Below, one piece after another: positions 10,432 through 19,690 of a stretch of 64,000 bases of DNA. The notes under the pieces are model-generated. The model had not been told where the DNA came from and ran no database searches. It saw only the letters and a program-made list of their open reading frames with translations. The stretch comes from a virus (lineage: Duplodnaviria > Caudoviricetes): the IMG/VR virus record IMGVR_UViG_2859564202_000001; one strand, 5' to 3'. A program made the position numbers and the translations under genes. The stretch's first letter is position 1; each line of letters starts with the position of its first letter.

Positions 10432-11955
10432 TTAAGCATCTTCAATACGCCTAAAGGCTCGCGCGACTTCTTTATCAAAGTGACCCTGGGCGAGATCACG
10501 CCAATGCGGAAGCTCCACCAGCATGATGCGGAATGCTCGGGTGGTCTTATATTTACCCATAGCAGACAGCGGATCATCCTCTGTGCCAGATAGAGCTTCT
10601 TCACCCTCAGAGTAGACACGCGACTGCTCCACTCCTGCTTGCGCGCGCATAAGTGCAATATCTTCCTGCGACAACGCCTCAATCAACACAGTGCCATCGA
10701 CAGCATTAACCAAGCCGTTGTTAGCAGTCACCCGGAAATTCGGATCTTGAGCAAAAGCGTGCAGGCTCTCATCATAGGCTGCAGTGAGCTCATCTTCGAG
10801 TGAGTCCTGCAGGATGTGGCCGAATTGATCAGCCAGCATATCTCGTGACACCTTGCCTTCGGCATAACGCTTCAACCGCATGTCAGCGAGCTTATGTTCT
10901 GCATTCTCCTGATCGTGAATGAATTCATCATTGACCTCTGCTTCTTCAGACAGAGATTTCTTTTTCACCTTCGTACCAGTAGCCACGGGGAAGCCCTGAG
11001 CACTGTCTTCGAACTCATCATCAAAAACGTCATATTCAGACTCCATGAAATCACGAGCATTCATGACAGACTCATCCCCCTCGTCATAATCCGGCGTGTC
11101 ATCGTACTCATCTTTCGCGATCATCGTGTCCACGATGTCCATGATTTCTGCTGAATACACATCCATATCCAGGCGTGCAATATCAGAGTCATCGAGCCCA
11201 GTCGCCTTTTTATAAATATCGACGGCACGCTGAGTACGAATCGACTGCGCCATGCGCTTTTCCAGCATCGCCATAAAGTCCGGTGCATTTTGATTCACAT
11301 CGAATTCATTAGCGCTCGACAGTGTTGGAATAGTCTGCAACGAGTATTCGCGACCCGGTTGGATAATCTGGTTAGCAAACAACATGAACGACATCGGCCA
11401 AATCGTTTCATTGCGTGACCACACCGGATACTGACCCGCACGGAAGACGATGGCGTTCTGCGATGGCAGAGTATTTAGGTCATTATAAGACACCACCGGC
11501 TCTTTTTCAGTTGCAGACGTGTACGACACTTTACCCTCGGTGCGCATAACTAACTGTGCCAAGTCACGGGTTACGGTCTTTGAATTTCTGCGTACAACAT
11601 GTCGCTCACCTGACCAATCCACCAACGTCTTAATCATTGTTTCGTCTGTGGATTTCAAGAAGATAATGTTGGACGTGTTGTGGGTCGGGATCATATCGTC
11701 AGTGATGTAGAGATGGTCACGGTCGGCAATGCTGATGCATTGCACGGTATCGCGGCGGGAGAATTCTACAGAGACGATTTCATTGTCTGCTGCGGGCACG
11801 TCGAGACGTGCCCGATCTGCTGGATCGAAGTTGTCGAGGATCTCTGGCGCCCGCGCTGCGACACCAGGCAGAAACACCTTATCCCCTCGTGCCAGCATCG
11901 CTTTAAGCTCTGCCGTGGTGACGATTCTGCGCTCGCCAGCAAGTGTTTGCGTCAT
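10432..11955 (-). CDS. C-terminal precursor of the fractured VirD4/TraG-like coupling protein: IntC (aa 1-93) plus C-extein (414 aa)
   Basis: Intein blocks F/G (VQCISIADRDHLYITDDMIPTHN) then +1 Thr, followed by the T4CP-like TSNIIFLKSTDETMIKTLVDWSG; has its own RBS (GAAGGGG). Confidence 0.85.
   Translation of the reverse strand: MTQTLAGERRIVTTAELKAMLARGDKVFLPGVAARAPEILDNFDPADRARLDVPAADNEIVSVEFSRRDTVQCISIADRDHLYITDDMIPTHNTSNIIFLKSTDETMIKTLVDWSGERHVVRRNSKTVTRDLAQLVMRTEGKVSYTSATEKEPVVSYNDLNTLPSQNAIVFRAGQYPVWSRNETIWPMSFMLFANQIIQPGREYSLQTIPTLSSANEFDVNQNAPDFMAMLEKRMAQSIRTQRAVDIYKKATGLDDSDIARLDMDVYSAEIMDIVDTMIAKDEYDDTPDYDEGDESVMNARDFMESEYDVFDDEFEDSAQGFPVATGTKVKKKSLSEEAEVNDEFIHDQENAEHKLADMRLKRYAEGKVSRDMLADQFGHILQDSLEDELTAAYDESLHAFAQDPNFRVTANNGLVNAVDGTVLIEALSQEDIALMRAQAGVEQSRVYSEGEEALSGTEDDPLSAMGKYKTTRAFRIMLVELPHWRDLAQGHFDKEVARAFRRIEDA
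11677..11955 (-). mobile_element. C-terminal half of a split class 3 intein (93 aa)
   Basis: Block F Cys (VQC), block G Thr-His-Asn, +1 Thr. Confidence 0.85.
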
Positions 11956-12181
11956 ACTATAAACCCCTTCAATTAAATCAAGTAATTAATATACTAACTT
12001 AATTGAGTTTATTTTTACGGTTTAATTTACTCTAAGCGAAGACGCCCGGAATCACCATAAGCACCGTTTCCAGACGCAGAAACTAATTGAGCATATTGTA
12101 AAATATAGCTATGCTGACAATGATTCCGCCACGACCATCTACACAGCTGACAGATAGAAGCGTTGAGAAGTGTTTTAAGTG

Positions 12182-12901
12182 TTAGCGATTAAAGCGCCCA
12201 CAAATATAACCAACAGCAAATCCAGCAAGAGCACTTGTTGTTGCGCTCTCGACAGGACGGGTGGCTATATCCTCGGCAGGACTATCGGGGCTATCAGCAT
12301 TATCTTCGTCATAAAAATCAGTGAGTATGCCATCAATAAAGTCATCCATGATTGATGTGATGAAACTGGCGACTGCAATGAGCAGCAGCGATACGCACAT
12401 AATCCATGCAGGTGCATCACTAAACGTATTAGGTGTGCTTGGGACGATGAATCCAAATGTAACAGAGTAGACAAGTCCGGGAATTAGTAGCGCATAAATA
12501 GCAATTAATACTACATAAGCAATAACAACACTGAACCTAGAAGAAGTCTTGTTGACGTAAAGCGCCATGCGACGTGCGATATGCGCGAACTCATGGCGAC
12601 CGTGCACTACTCTATACATTGTTATCGCCATGTAGATCGCCAGGATTACTACGGATACAATCATTGCAGTCGAAGTTAGCCCTTCGACCAATGGAGTTGG
12701 CGCAATCATCAAAACCAGCAGCAGCGCTCTAATCTTGCGGACGAATAATGTGCGCAACATACTTCCTGCAATTTGCATATTGCTAGGATCGTCTGTGCCC
12801 CTGCCACGTCCGCCCTTGAGGTAGTGGTCTTCAATTCTATTGGTATTAGTCACTGGACTTTTTTCTCCTTGTGTAAATGTTCCTGAAAATAGTAGACTCA
12901 T
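12182..12901 (-). CDS. Hypothetical integral membrane protein (about 4 TM segments)
   Basis: Hydrophobic segments and an acidic tail; start uncertain. Confidence 0.65.
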   Translation of the reverse strand: MSLLFSGTFTQGEKSPVTNTNRIEDHYLKGGRGRGTDDPSNMQIAGSMLRTLFVRKIRALLLVLMIAPTPLVEGLTSTAMIVSVVILAIYMAITMYRVVHGRHEFAHIARRMALYVNKTSSRFSVVIAYVVLIAIYALLIPGLVYSVTFGFIVPSTPNTFSDAPAWIMCVSLLLIAVASFITSIMDDFIDGILTDFYDEDNADSPDSPAEDIATRPVESATTSALAGFAVGYICGRFNR

Positions 12902-13194
12902 TCGACTTTTAGGAATGGCAATTAACTCTGTCGATGAAACTGTGAAGTAAAAGCAGTTTCAGTAAAAGCACATCTATACGTGCTCTCACTATCACTGTGC
13001 GCGCATCATAAAAACGCGCAAGCACTATATAAATATCAACAGTTTCTGCACAATAATCAGAAAACAATAAATAAGCTGGTCACCACAGCAACTCACCCCA
13101 CCCGGTCCCCCTTTTTTCCTCACTGACACCGGAGCCGCCTCAAGCACCACGCTGCAATCACAGAAGCTAGTTGAGCATATTGTAGAATATAACT

Positions 13195-15015
13195 ATGCCA
13201 ACACTGCTTATTGACACCCATCCGCATCTTGCAGCGCAACTTCTTGACCCTGGTTTAGGTGAACTTCTTACAGCCGGTTCCAACAAAAAAGTGCAGTGGC
13301 AGTGCCCTAAGCACTCCAATCACATCTGGACGGCCTCGGTTAATAACCGCACCAATGCAAAGAACCCGCGCTGCCCCTATTGTGCCGGAACACGAGTGTT
13401 GGCAGGTTTTAATGATCTCGCCACCACTCACCCGCATCTTGCTGTACAGCTGGTTGACCAAGATATTGCCGTCACCATTTCCGCTGGTTCTGGCAAAAGA
13501 CAACTGTGGCAGTGTGTAGTAAACCCAAAACACCAGTGGTTGGCTACGCCAAATAATCGCACGAGTACTAAATCTGCGAGTTCTGGTTGCCCCTACTGTG
13601 CCAACCGAGCGGTATTAGTCGGTGACAATGACTTTGCAACAACCTACCCCGAACTTGCAGCGCAATTAGTAGATCAATCTGCAGCGACAACCTTTACAGC
13701 CGGCCACAACAAGCCTGTTGAGTGGATCTGTTGCAAGCATGAACCACCATTTATCTGGAAAACCTCACCAATTTTGCGTGTACGACAGAACACCCAGTGC
13801 CCTGTGTGCTCAGAGCGAACTGTGGCGCCGGCGCTTAATGATCTTGCAACCACTCACCCTAAACTTGCCGAGCAAATTGCAGATCCTCAACCAAGTGGTG
13901 TGAGCGCCGCGGCCATTATCCCCACCATTAGCAGGGGTTCCCATACGCAATTAACATGGCAATGTTCTAAAAATCATGACCACCAATGGGTCGCCACAGT
14001 AAAGGATCGTGTTCGCGGAACAGACTGCCCCACCTGCGCAAATACAGGAACTTCACGCAAAGAGGCTGAACTTATTGAGGTCATCCGTGCATTATTCCCA
14101 AACACTGATGTCCAGCAAGGTGCGCTCATTAATGGACGTACCGGTAATCAAGGTGCATCGCCGTCAACCGATGTACTCATACCGTCCAAAAATCTCGCTA
14201 TCGAGTTCAACGGCCTGTACTGGCACTCTGAGCTTTTCATCAAAGATAAGCATTATCATGCGAACAAATCAGCTCTCGCAGAACAAGCCGGTGTGCAGCT
14301 CATTCATGTGTGGGAGGACGACTGGAATCTTCGCCGCGACATTGTGATCCGCATGATCGCACACAAGCTTCATGCAACCCATAACCTCAGTGCTGTTTTG
14401 CCTACCGAAACTACTGACTCACGTGTGGCAACCACCGCTTTCGCCCGTACACTCACACTGTCGGTGGTCTCTGGTTCACGCGCTGCTGCATTCTTGAACA
14501 GCAACCATATTCAGGGTGCTGTCTCGGCCACTAAGCACTTTGCCCTGTGCGACAACAACGACGATATTCGAGCACTCCTGTCGGTGCGCTCACCAAAAAA
14601 CAATGCCCGCATGTATCGCAAAAAAGGCACATGGGAAATCCAGCGCTATGCGACACTCGGTAACGTCCCTGGCGGTTTTACTAGGCTGCTGAAGTTTGCC
14701 GAGCACACACTCAACGAACACAGCACAGTACTCAAGCAATGGATCTCATTTTCTGCTGCTGATGTCTCTGACGGCAGCCTGTATCGAACTGCCGGTTTTA
14801 CCGCCGAGCAACAGCTTGCACCGGATTATCGCTATGTCGGTGGCGCAACAGGTTGGCGCCGAACACCCAAAGAAAGCTTCCAGCGCAAACGCTTTAGAGA
14901 CGACCCAGCGTTGCTATGGAACGAATCTTGGACAGAGCACGAAGCAGCGCTCAACAACGAGCTCTACAGAATCTACGATGCCGGCAAAACCCGGTGGGTT
15001 AAAAATGTTGCTTGA
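13195..15015 (+). CDS. Free-standing putative homing endonuclease: four zinc-ribbon repeats, a Vsr-like nuclease and a Hef-like C-terminus
   Basis: Repeated W.C...H.W...R...CP.C units; DVLIPSKNLAIEFNGLYWH...LIHVWEDDW; located between the intein halves in opposite orientation. Confidence 0.8.
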   Translation: MPTLLIDTHPHLAAQLLDPGLGELLTAGSNKKVQWQCPKHSNHIWTASVNNRTNAKNPRCPYCAGTRVLAGFNDLATTHPHLAVQLVDQDIAVTISAGSGKRQLWQCVVNPKHQWLATPNNRTSTKSASSGCPYCANRAVLVGDNDFATTYPELAAQLVDQSAATTFTAGHNKPVEWICCKHEPPFIWKTSPILRVRQNTQCPVCSERTVAPALNDLATTHPKLAEQIADPQPSGVSAAAIIPTISRGSHTQLTWQCSKNHDHQWVATVKDRVRGTDCPTCANTGTSRKEAELIEVIRALFPNTDVQQGALINGRTGNQGASPSTDVLIPSKNLAIEFNGLYWHSELFIKDKHYHANKSALAEQAGVQLIHVWEDDWNLRRDIVIRMIAHKLHATHNLSAVLPTETTDSRVATTAFARTLTLSVVSGSRAAAFLNSNHIQGAVSATKHFALCDNNDDIRALLSVRSPKNNARMYRKKGTWEIQRYATLGNVPGGFTRLLKFAEHTLNEHSTVLKQWISFSAADVSDGSLYRTAGFTAEQQLAPDYRYVGGATGWRRTPKESFQRKRFRDDPALLWNESWTEHEAALNNELYRIYDAGKTRWVKNVA

Positions 15016-15178
15016 TTCTGCAGATTAGTTACTGAAACTGAATTAATGTAGGCTGCGTATGGCCTATTTTTGCTGGTTGTACAGTGTTTTTCCGCATTCG
15101 TAAGGGATGAGTGACCTGTCAGGTTGCCACTTCTAACCAAATAATAAGTAATCAATTTTAAAGGAAAAGAATTAAAGC

Positions 15179-15558
15179 ATGTCTAAAAATACAAATATTT
15201 CGCCATTGCTCTCCTAGCACCCATCCTCGGCTTAGTCGCTGCAGGTTGCTCCACTACAGCTGAAGAGCCAGCTGCAACTCAGGTAGAAGAAACAACAGTC
15301 GCCCGAGTTGAACACGATACTTACGACACTATTGCTAACCAGCTACAAGATGCCGGTGTCTATGACGATGTGGCCTTTGCCGAAGGCTACTACCAGGAAA
15401 TGGCTGAGGTTGTATGTGAAGCACGCGAAGAGGGTATCACCCACGAGGACACCCTGCATATGCTCAATGACATGATGGCAATGAAACGATCTGGCGAAGT
15501 ACTCAATACGCTCGCTGATGTTCTCTATGCAAATGAATGCCCTGAATATCGAATCTAA
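15179..15558 (+). pseudogene. Small lipoprotein gene frameshifted in an A5 run (15185-15189)
   Basis: AAAGGA RBS and ATG 15179. Adding one A gives MSKKYKYFAIALLAPILGLVAAG|C (lipobox), in frame with ORF 15370-15558. Confidence 0.7.
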
Positions 15559-15597
15559 ATTGTTGGTTCACTCTGCATAGACACAACACCACACAAC

Positions 15598-15641
15598 AAA
15601 AAACAACCCCCTAAGGATAATCCTCAGGGGGTTGTTCTGTT
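15598..15641. terminator. Bidirectional terminator downstream of the IntN-bearing exon
   Basis: aacaaccccct...agggggttgtt hairpin with A/T tails. Confidence 0.8.
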
Positions 15642-15649
15642 TCGACTCA

Positions 15650-15969
15650 TTATGCTGCGCTTGCTGCATCCTGCTCGGCAGGAACCACAATCACTTCCCA
15701 CAAATGCTCATCACAAGCCTCTGTGGTTGAGCCATCTTTACGTGTCACAGTAAATACATCTCGCTCACCCTGTGGGAACACACCGTCAATCTCGCTGACT
15801 GTCCCCTTTGGGGTAAGCACCTTCATACCTGCTTCTGCTTCGCCCATCGTGACCCATCCATCAGGTGTTGCGATCTTCGCCGTCAACGGCTGCGCATTAC
15901 CTTGGAGAATCTTGTCTGAGGCTTCGCCATACACCTGAGTCAACTGCTGCAGTGTCTGCAGAATCAATG
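15650..15969 (-). CDS. VirD4-like gene exon 3: end of N-extein (TLILQTLQQLTQVYGEASDKILQGN) plus IntN
   Basis: In frame with exon 2 after removing the group II intron (A+CA = Thr); T4CP motif Q...QL...YG. Confidence 0.85.
15653..15895 (-). mobile_element. N-terminal half of a split class 3 intein (81 aa)
   Basis: Block A AQPLTAKIATPDGW starts with Ala; block B TEACDEHLWEV contains Trp. Confidence 0.85.
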
Positions 15970-18033
15970 ATGTCAATAGGTAACGCTTTGATCTTATCTC
16001 CACGTTTTCCCCTGACCCACACCGTACGTGCGACTTTCACCGCATACGGCGCTCCATCACTAGAGTTCTTATCCCTCCGGTGACTTGTGACCATTACTCC
16101 TGCTCTCATTACAAGAGCTATCAACGCTTCGATCACTACTTTTCAACACTCGTTCGACTGCTTATTATTCTTCGTCAGTCTACGCAAAACCGCTATCCAA
16201 AAACTTCTTCCTGAAACGGACCACTTACTAATAACTCGCCAATTGATTCTGCTGTTCTCGCCGTATATGGGATCTCCAAAAGTGTTAGCTCTCGGACTAC
16301 AGTAAACGCTCGTTTTCGTCTGTCGTGCTCTTGTTGGATCGCGAAACGACTCTCTCCACCGAAATACTCAACTGGTCTAAAATGCTGCTCACCTTGGCAC
16401 TCAATCAACAACCAGGGCTCGGTATCCTTGAAAACCAAAAAATCATAACTCAGTGGTCCTCCACCAACCCCCACCAAACCATCGAAAGTCTTTTGAGATT
16501 CAAACTGAAAATCATTCTTTAAAAGAAAGTCCCTGACATGTGACTCTTGGATTGATCCGTGCAAACAACCACACGATTGGCTAATACCCTGCCTCAACAT
16601 AATCCCAGCAACAGCATTTTCGGAGCCGCACATACATCGGCACAACCACATTTGAGACCGCCCACCACCAGGGTAAAACCTGTCATCCGTACGAGACAGC
16701 ACAGTCCACTGGTTAAATACCTTGCCAGTCAAATCTTCAAAAACAGCAGTTTCTCGTCGCTGTTCTATGCGATAGCACCCGCACGATATTGACCGACCCC
16801 GCAACAAAGACTGTTCCAATACGTCCCTTGTCGCTCCACACTCGCACTCGCAAAACCACGCCTTAGATAAGCGACCCCACTGCAGCACGTCCTCACCACG
16901 TCGAACAACAGACCATCGACCAAATGTGGAACCAACTAAATCCCTATTCTTTGAAAGCGACTCGATTTTTAGACAACCACACGATTTCGAATCACCATTC
17001 TTCAGTGACCCCGCAGCAAGATCTTTCTCAACACCGCAAGTACATCTGCAATGCCACATGGTGGTTTTCCTTCCTGTGGAGGAAACCCTACTTTCCGCTC
17101 GATCTATGACAGTCCATCGCCCAAACACCTGACCTATGAGATCCTGTAAGTTCTTACCCTGCATCCTTTTACGAACAGTCTCATAACGACGACAACCGCA
17201 CGATGCGGTTTCATCAGCGTTCTTAAATCTAGAGGCCGGTGCATCATACTCCCTGCCACAATCACAAAGACATTGATACCGAACCTCAATCTTGCCACTT
17301 TTGTTTACACGATCGTTAGTGCGATAAAGAACTTTTATATGCCCGAAAGTTTTACCGGATAAATCATTAAACTTTCGTCGCCGATGTTGTTGCGGTGCTC
17401 GTATTGTCATCTCAAACTACTTTCAAATATATACCTTTATTTGTATATATTACCCCTTTTAATTAATTAAACAAGCTTTCAGCCTTGATAACAAGTGGTC
17501 CATTTCACTATAAAGTTATTAAATATTGGCAGCTATTTCACGCCGAATATCTTTCCCAGTTCCGTTTCACCTATCCGTTACATGCTGCCCTTAGGTGCTC
17601 ACTCTGACCCTGCTCGCCTCGGATGTGCCTGTAACACATCAGGGAGGTTCATAAATTCAAGTCTTACTTGTCCCCTACGAGCACTAACGCATTTCTACGC
17701 CGAACAATTCAAGAGCCGTACATTCGCAAGTTCGTCAGTTATCTCACTCGATAACATTCTCACCCTAGGCAGTTTCTGGACACCCGGCATATCAGCGGCA
17801 CATCAGATCACTCTGACGCTTTCGTAGCTACTGTGATCAAATCCCAGCACCTTTACGACCGACCTTCTGCCGACTCTAACGGGCTTTATACAGTTCTATT
17901 TTGTTCAAACCGCATACCGTAGCTTGGTGTGCACATTTCAGGGCGTTACTCCGTCATTCTGTGTATCAATGAAACAGTTTCTTGCAACTTTAAGCTGCAA
18001 GAGCGTAGTTTTTCGCTACGCAACTGGTCGCAC
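15970..18033 (-). mobile_element. Group II intron (2064 nt) with a non-RT ORF
   Basis: 5' GTGCG at 18033. Domain V GAGCGCCGTATGCGGTGAAAGTCGCACGTACGGTGTG (about 16054-16018, CGC triad), a domain VI stem, and 3' AT at 15970. Removal restores GQEQQF-T-LILQTLQQL. Confidence 0.92.
16193..17410 (-). CDS. Group II intron-encoded putative homing endonuclease (four CxC/SCGC repeats plus a Vsr/DUF559-like nuclease)
   Basis: Four DLxGxxFGxWxV...CxCxCG...SCGC repeats; YDFLV...LIECQGEQH...HDRRK; no RT (YADD) motif. Confidence 0.82.
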   Translation of the reverse strand: MTIRAPQQHRRRKFNDLSGKTFGHIKVLYRTNDRVNKSGKIEVRYQCLCDCGREYDAPASRFKNADETASCGCRRYETVRKRMQGKNLQDLIGQVFGRWTVIDRAESRVSSTGRKTTMWHCRCTCGVEKDLAAGSLKNGDSKSCGCLKIESLSKNRDLVGSTFGRWSVVRRGEDVLQWGRLSKAWFCECECGATRDVLEQSLLRGRSISCGCYRIEQRRETAVFEDLTGKVFNQWTVLSRTDDRFYPGGGRSQMWLCRCMCGSENAVAGIMLRQGISQSCGCLHGSIQESHVRDFLLKNDFQFESQKTFDGLVGVGGGPLSYDFLVFKDTEPWLLIECQGEQHFRPVEYFGGESRFAIQQEHDRRKRAFTVVRELTLLEIPYTARTAESIGELLVSGPFQEEVFG

Positions 18034-19690
18034 TAAATTGTTGTTCTTGTCCCAGACCGATCGAGAGCATGGTTTCAAATCCCGCAATACCATGACCCTC
18101 ACTCTGAAGGTTTCCCAACTCGTCCAACATGAAACGAGTCTTATAATCCGGCTTCTGATTCTCACGCGTCATATACGAGGAATCGAAGTTCAGATCCACA
18201 AGCTGTTTGATGAGAATCAAAATCAACTTCGCATATTTCATAAGATGCGGAGGCGTTACGAAGAACACTGCCTTAGGCTTCTCCGAATACCGCACATTCA
18301 GAGCCGACACCGCATCAACCATCGCATCAACCTGCTTGATCATGTCATGACCCGGCATATTGATCTGTTCCTGCGTGAGTTGGTCAAGATTCAGTTTCTT
18401 CGTCTTAAACTGCACATGACCTGGAACAAAGTCACCAGCATCGTTTTTCACCAGCTCGATCAGCAGACCATTCTTAATGATCTTCTCATCGGTCACCGGA
18501 TCAGTAATAAACGCACGGCCTTTAAGGTTCGTTTGGTAGCCCTTGGTGAACTTGAAGTACAGAGTCTTGATCAACGTGCCAGAAGTACCATTGAGAATCC
18601 GCAAACGCAGGTACGCAGTATTACTCGGGAACGAGTCTTTAATATAGAACCGCGCCCAACCCTCAACCGACAGCGTGTCATCATGAACAAAATTCTTACC
18701 CAACGGCTTGGTGAACTTGGCGTCACTATACGCATCCCATTTCACCTGTGATCCAACCAGGTTGTAGCGCTTCACATAGGGGGCCGCAAAACGAACACCC
18801 ATGCGCCGTGGAAACGACAATCCGGCCAAGTCAACGTTCTGACTTAGTGTGCCTGAGGTTAACGTTGAAATTGTGGGGTCTGTAAAGAAGGACATCGCTG
18901 TAATCGCGATACCGTAGACCGACGCCATCATTTTTTCAGCGCCACCCATTGCTTTCAGGGCCTTATCTGCGTTGCCCACCAGAGTACGAACACTGGACTT
19001 TGGCAGACCGTCTGTGGCACTAAAGAACAAGGTGAGCATGTCTTTTTCTTTCTCACCCTCCCACAGAAACATTTCGTTCTCTTCGGCCTCTGTCACAGCA
19101 TCCTGGAACATCATGGCTGCATTTTCATCAGTCTCTAAGTTACCGAATTCACCGGCACGTGCACGTTCATTGAGTCGCTCAACGGGATTCTTCAGCTTCT
19201 TTGCCGAAAGCTGCACAAAGAGCTGGTAGCAGTTGTAGAGCGTGACCTTACCCCACATCTGATCAATACGTGTATCAAGCACCTTGGCATCCCAATTCTC
19301 AGCTGCAGCCTGCTTGCGCATCTCGCGCTCCTCTTCCAAATAGAAGTCGATAAGACCATAGGCTGCACGCTTGAAGGCATTGTTGGCCGCATTCGGCCAT
19401 ACCGGATCATCGGCACCGTCCACCGGAAAGAACACCTCTGCGATATTTTCCACATAGGTTGCGCACTTCATCCCGTTACCTTCGCGAGCTGCTTCGGCTG
19501 CTAATCCCAACGGGTTATAAATATCAGTTTTCAGGTTGTTAATCAGGTTAAACTGAACAACCTGAAAACCGCGCTTAGACATCCGAACATAATTTTTCTT
19601 CAGCAACTCGCCTTTAGGGTCGTTGATACACATATTGTTCGGTCGAGTTTCCCTCGTCCACATGTCGATCATTGGCTCAATGTAGGTCTG
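18034..19690 (-). CDS. VirD4-like gene exon 2 (P-loop continuation through Walker B)
   Basis: QTYIEPMIDMW, INDPKGEL, YNPL and RFMLDELGNL are T4CP motifs. Confidence 0.88.

Noticed and set aside
15970-16003. GTG start of ORF 15650-16003 (MEIRSKRYLLTS)
   Set aside because: These bases are domain VI of the group II intron; coding resumes at 15969.
17654-17659. UGAAUU as EBS1 of the group II intron
   Set aside because: It is complementary to exon AAUUUA, but I could not place it in a convincing Id3 loop by eye, so it is left unassigned.
17990-18033. C-terminus SATSCVAKNYALAA of ORF 17990-19672
   Set aside because: This is read-through into the group II intron 5' end.
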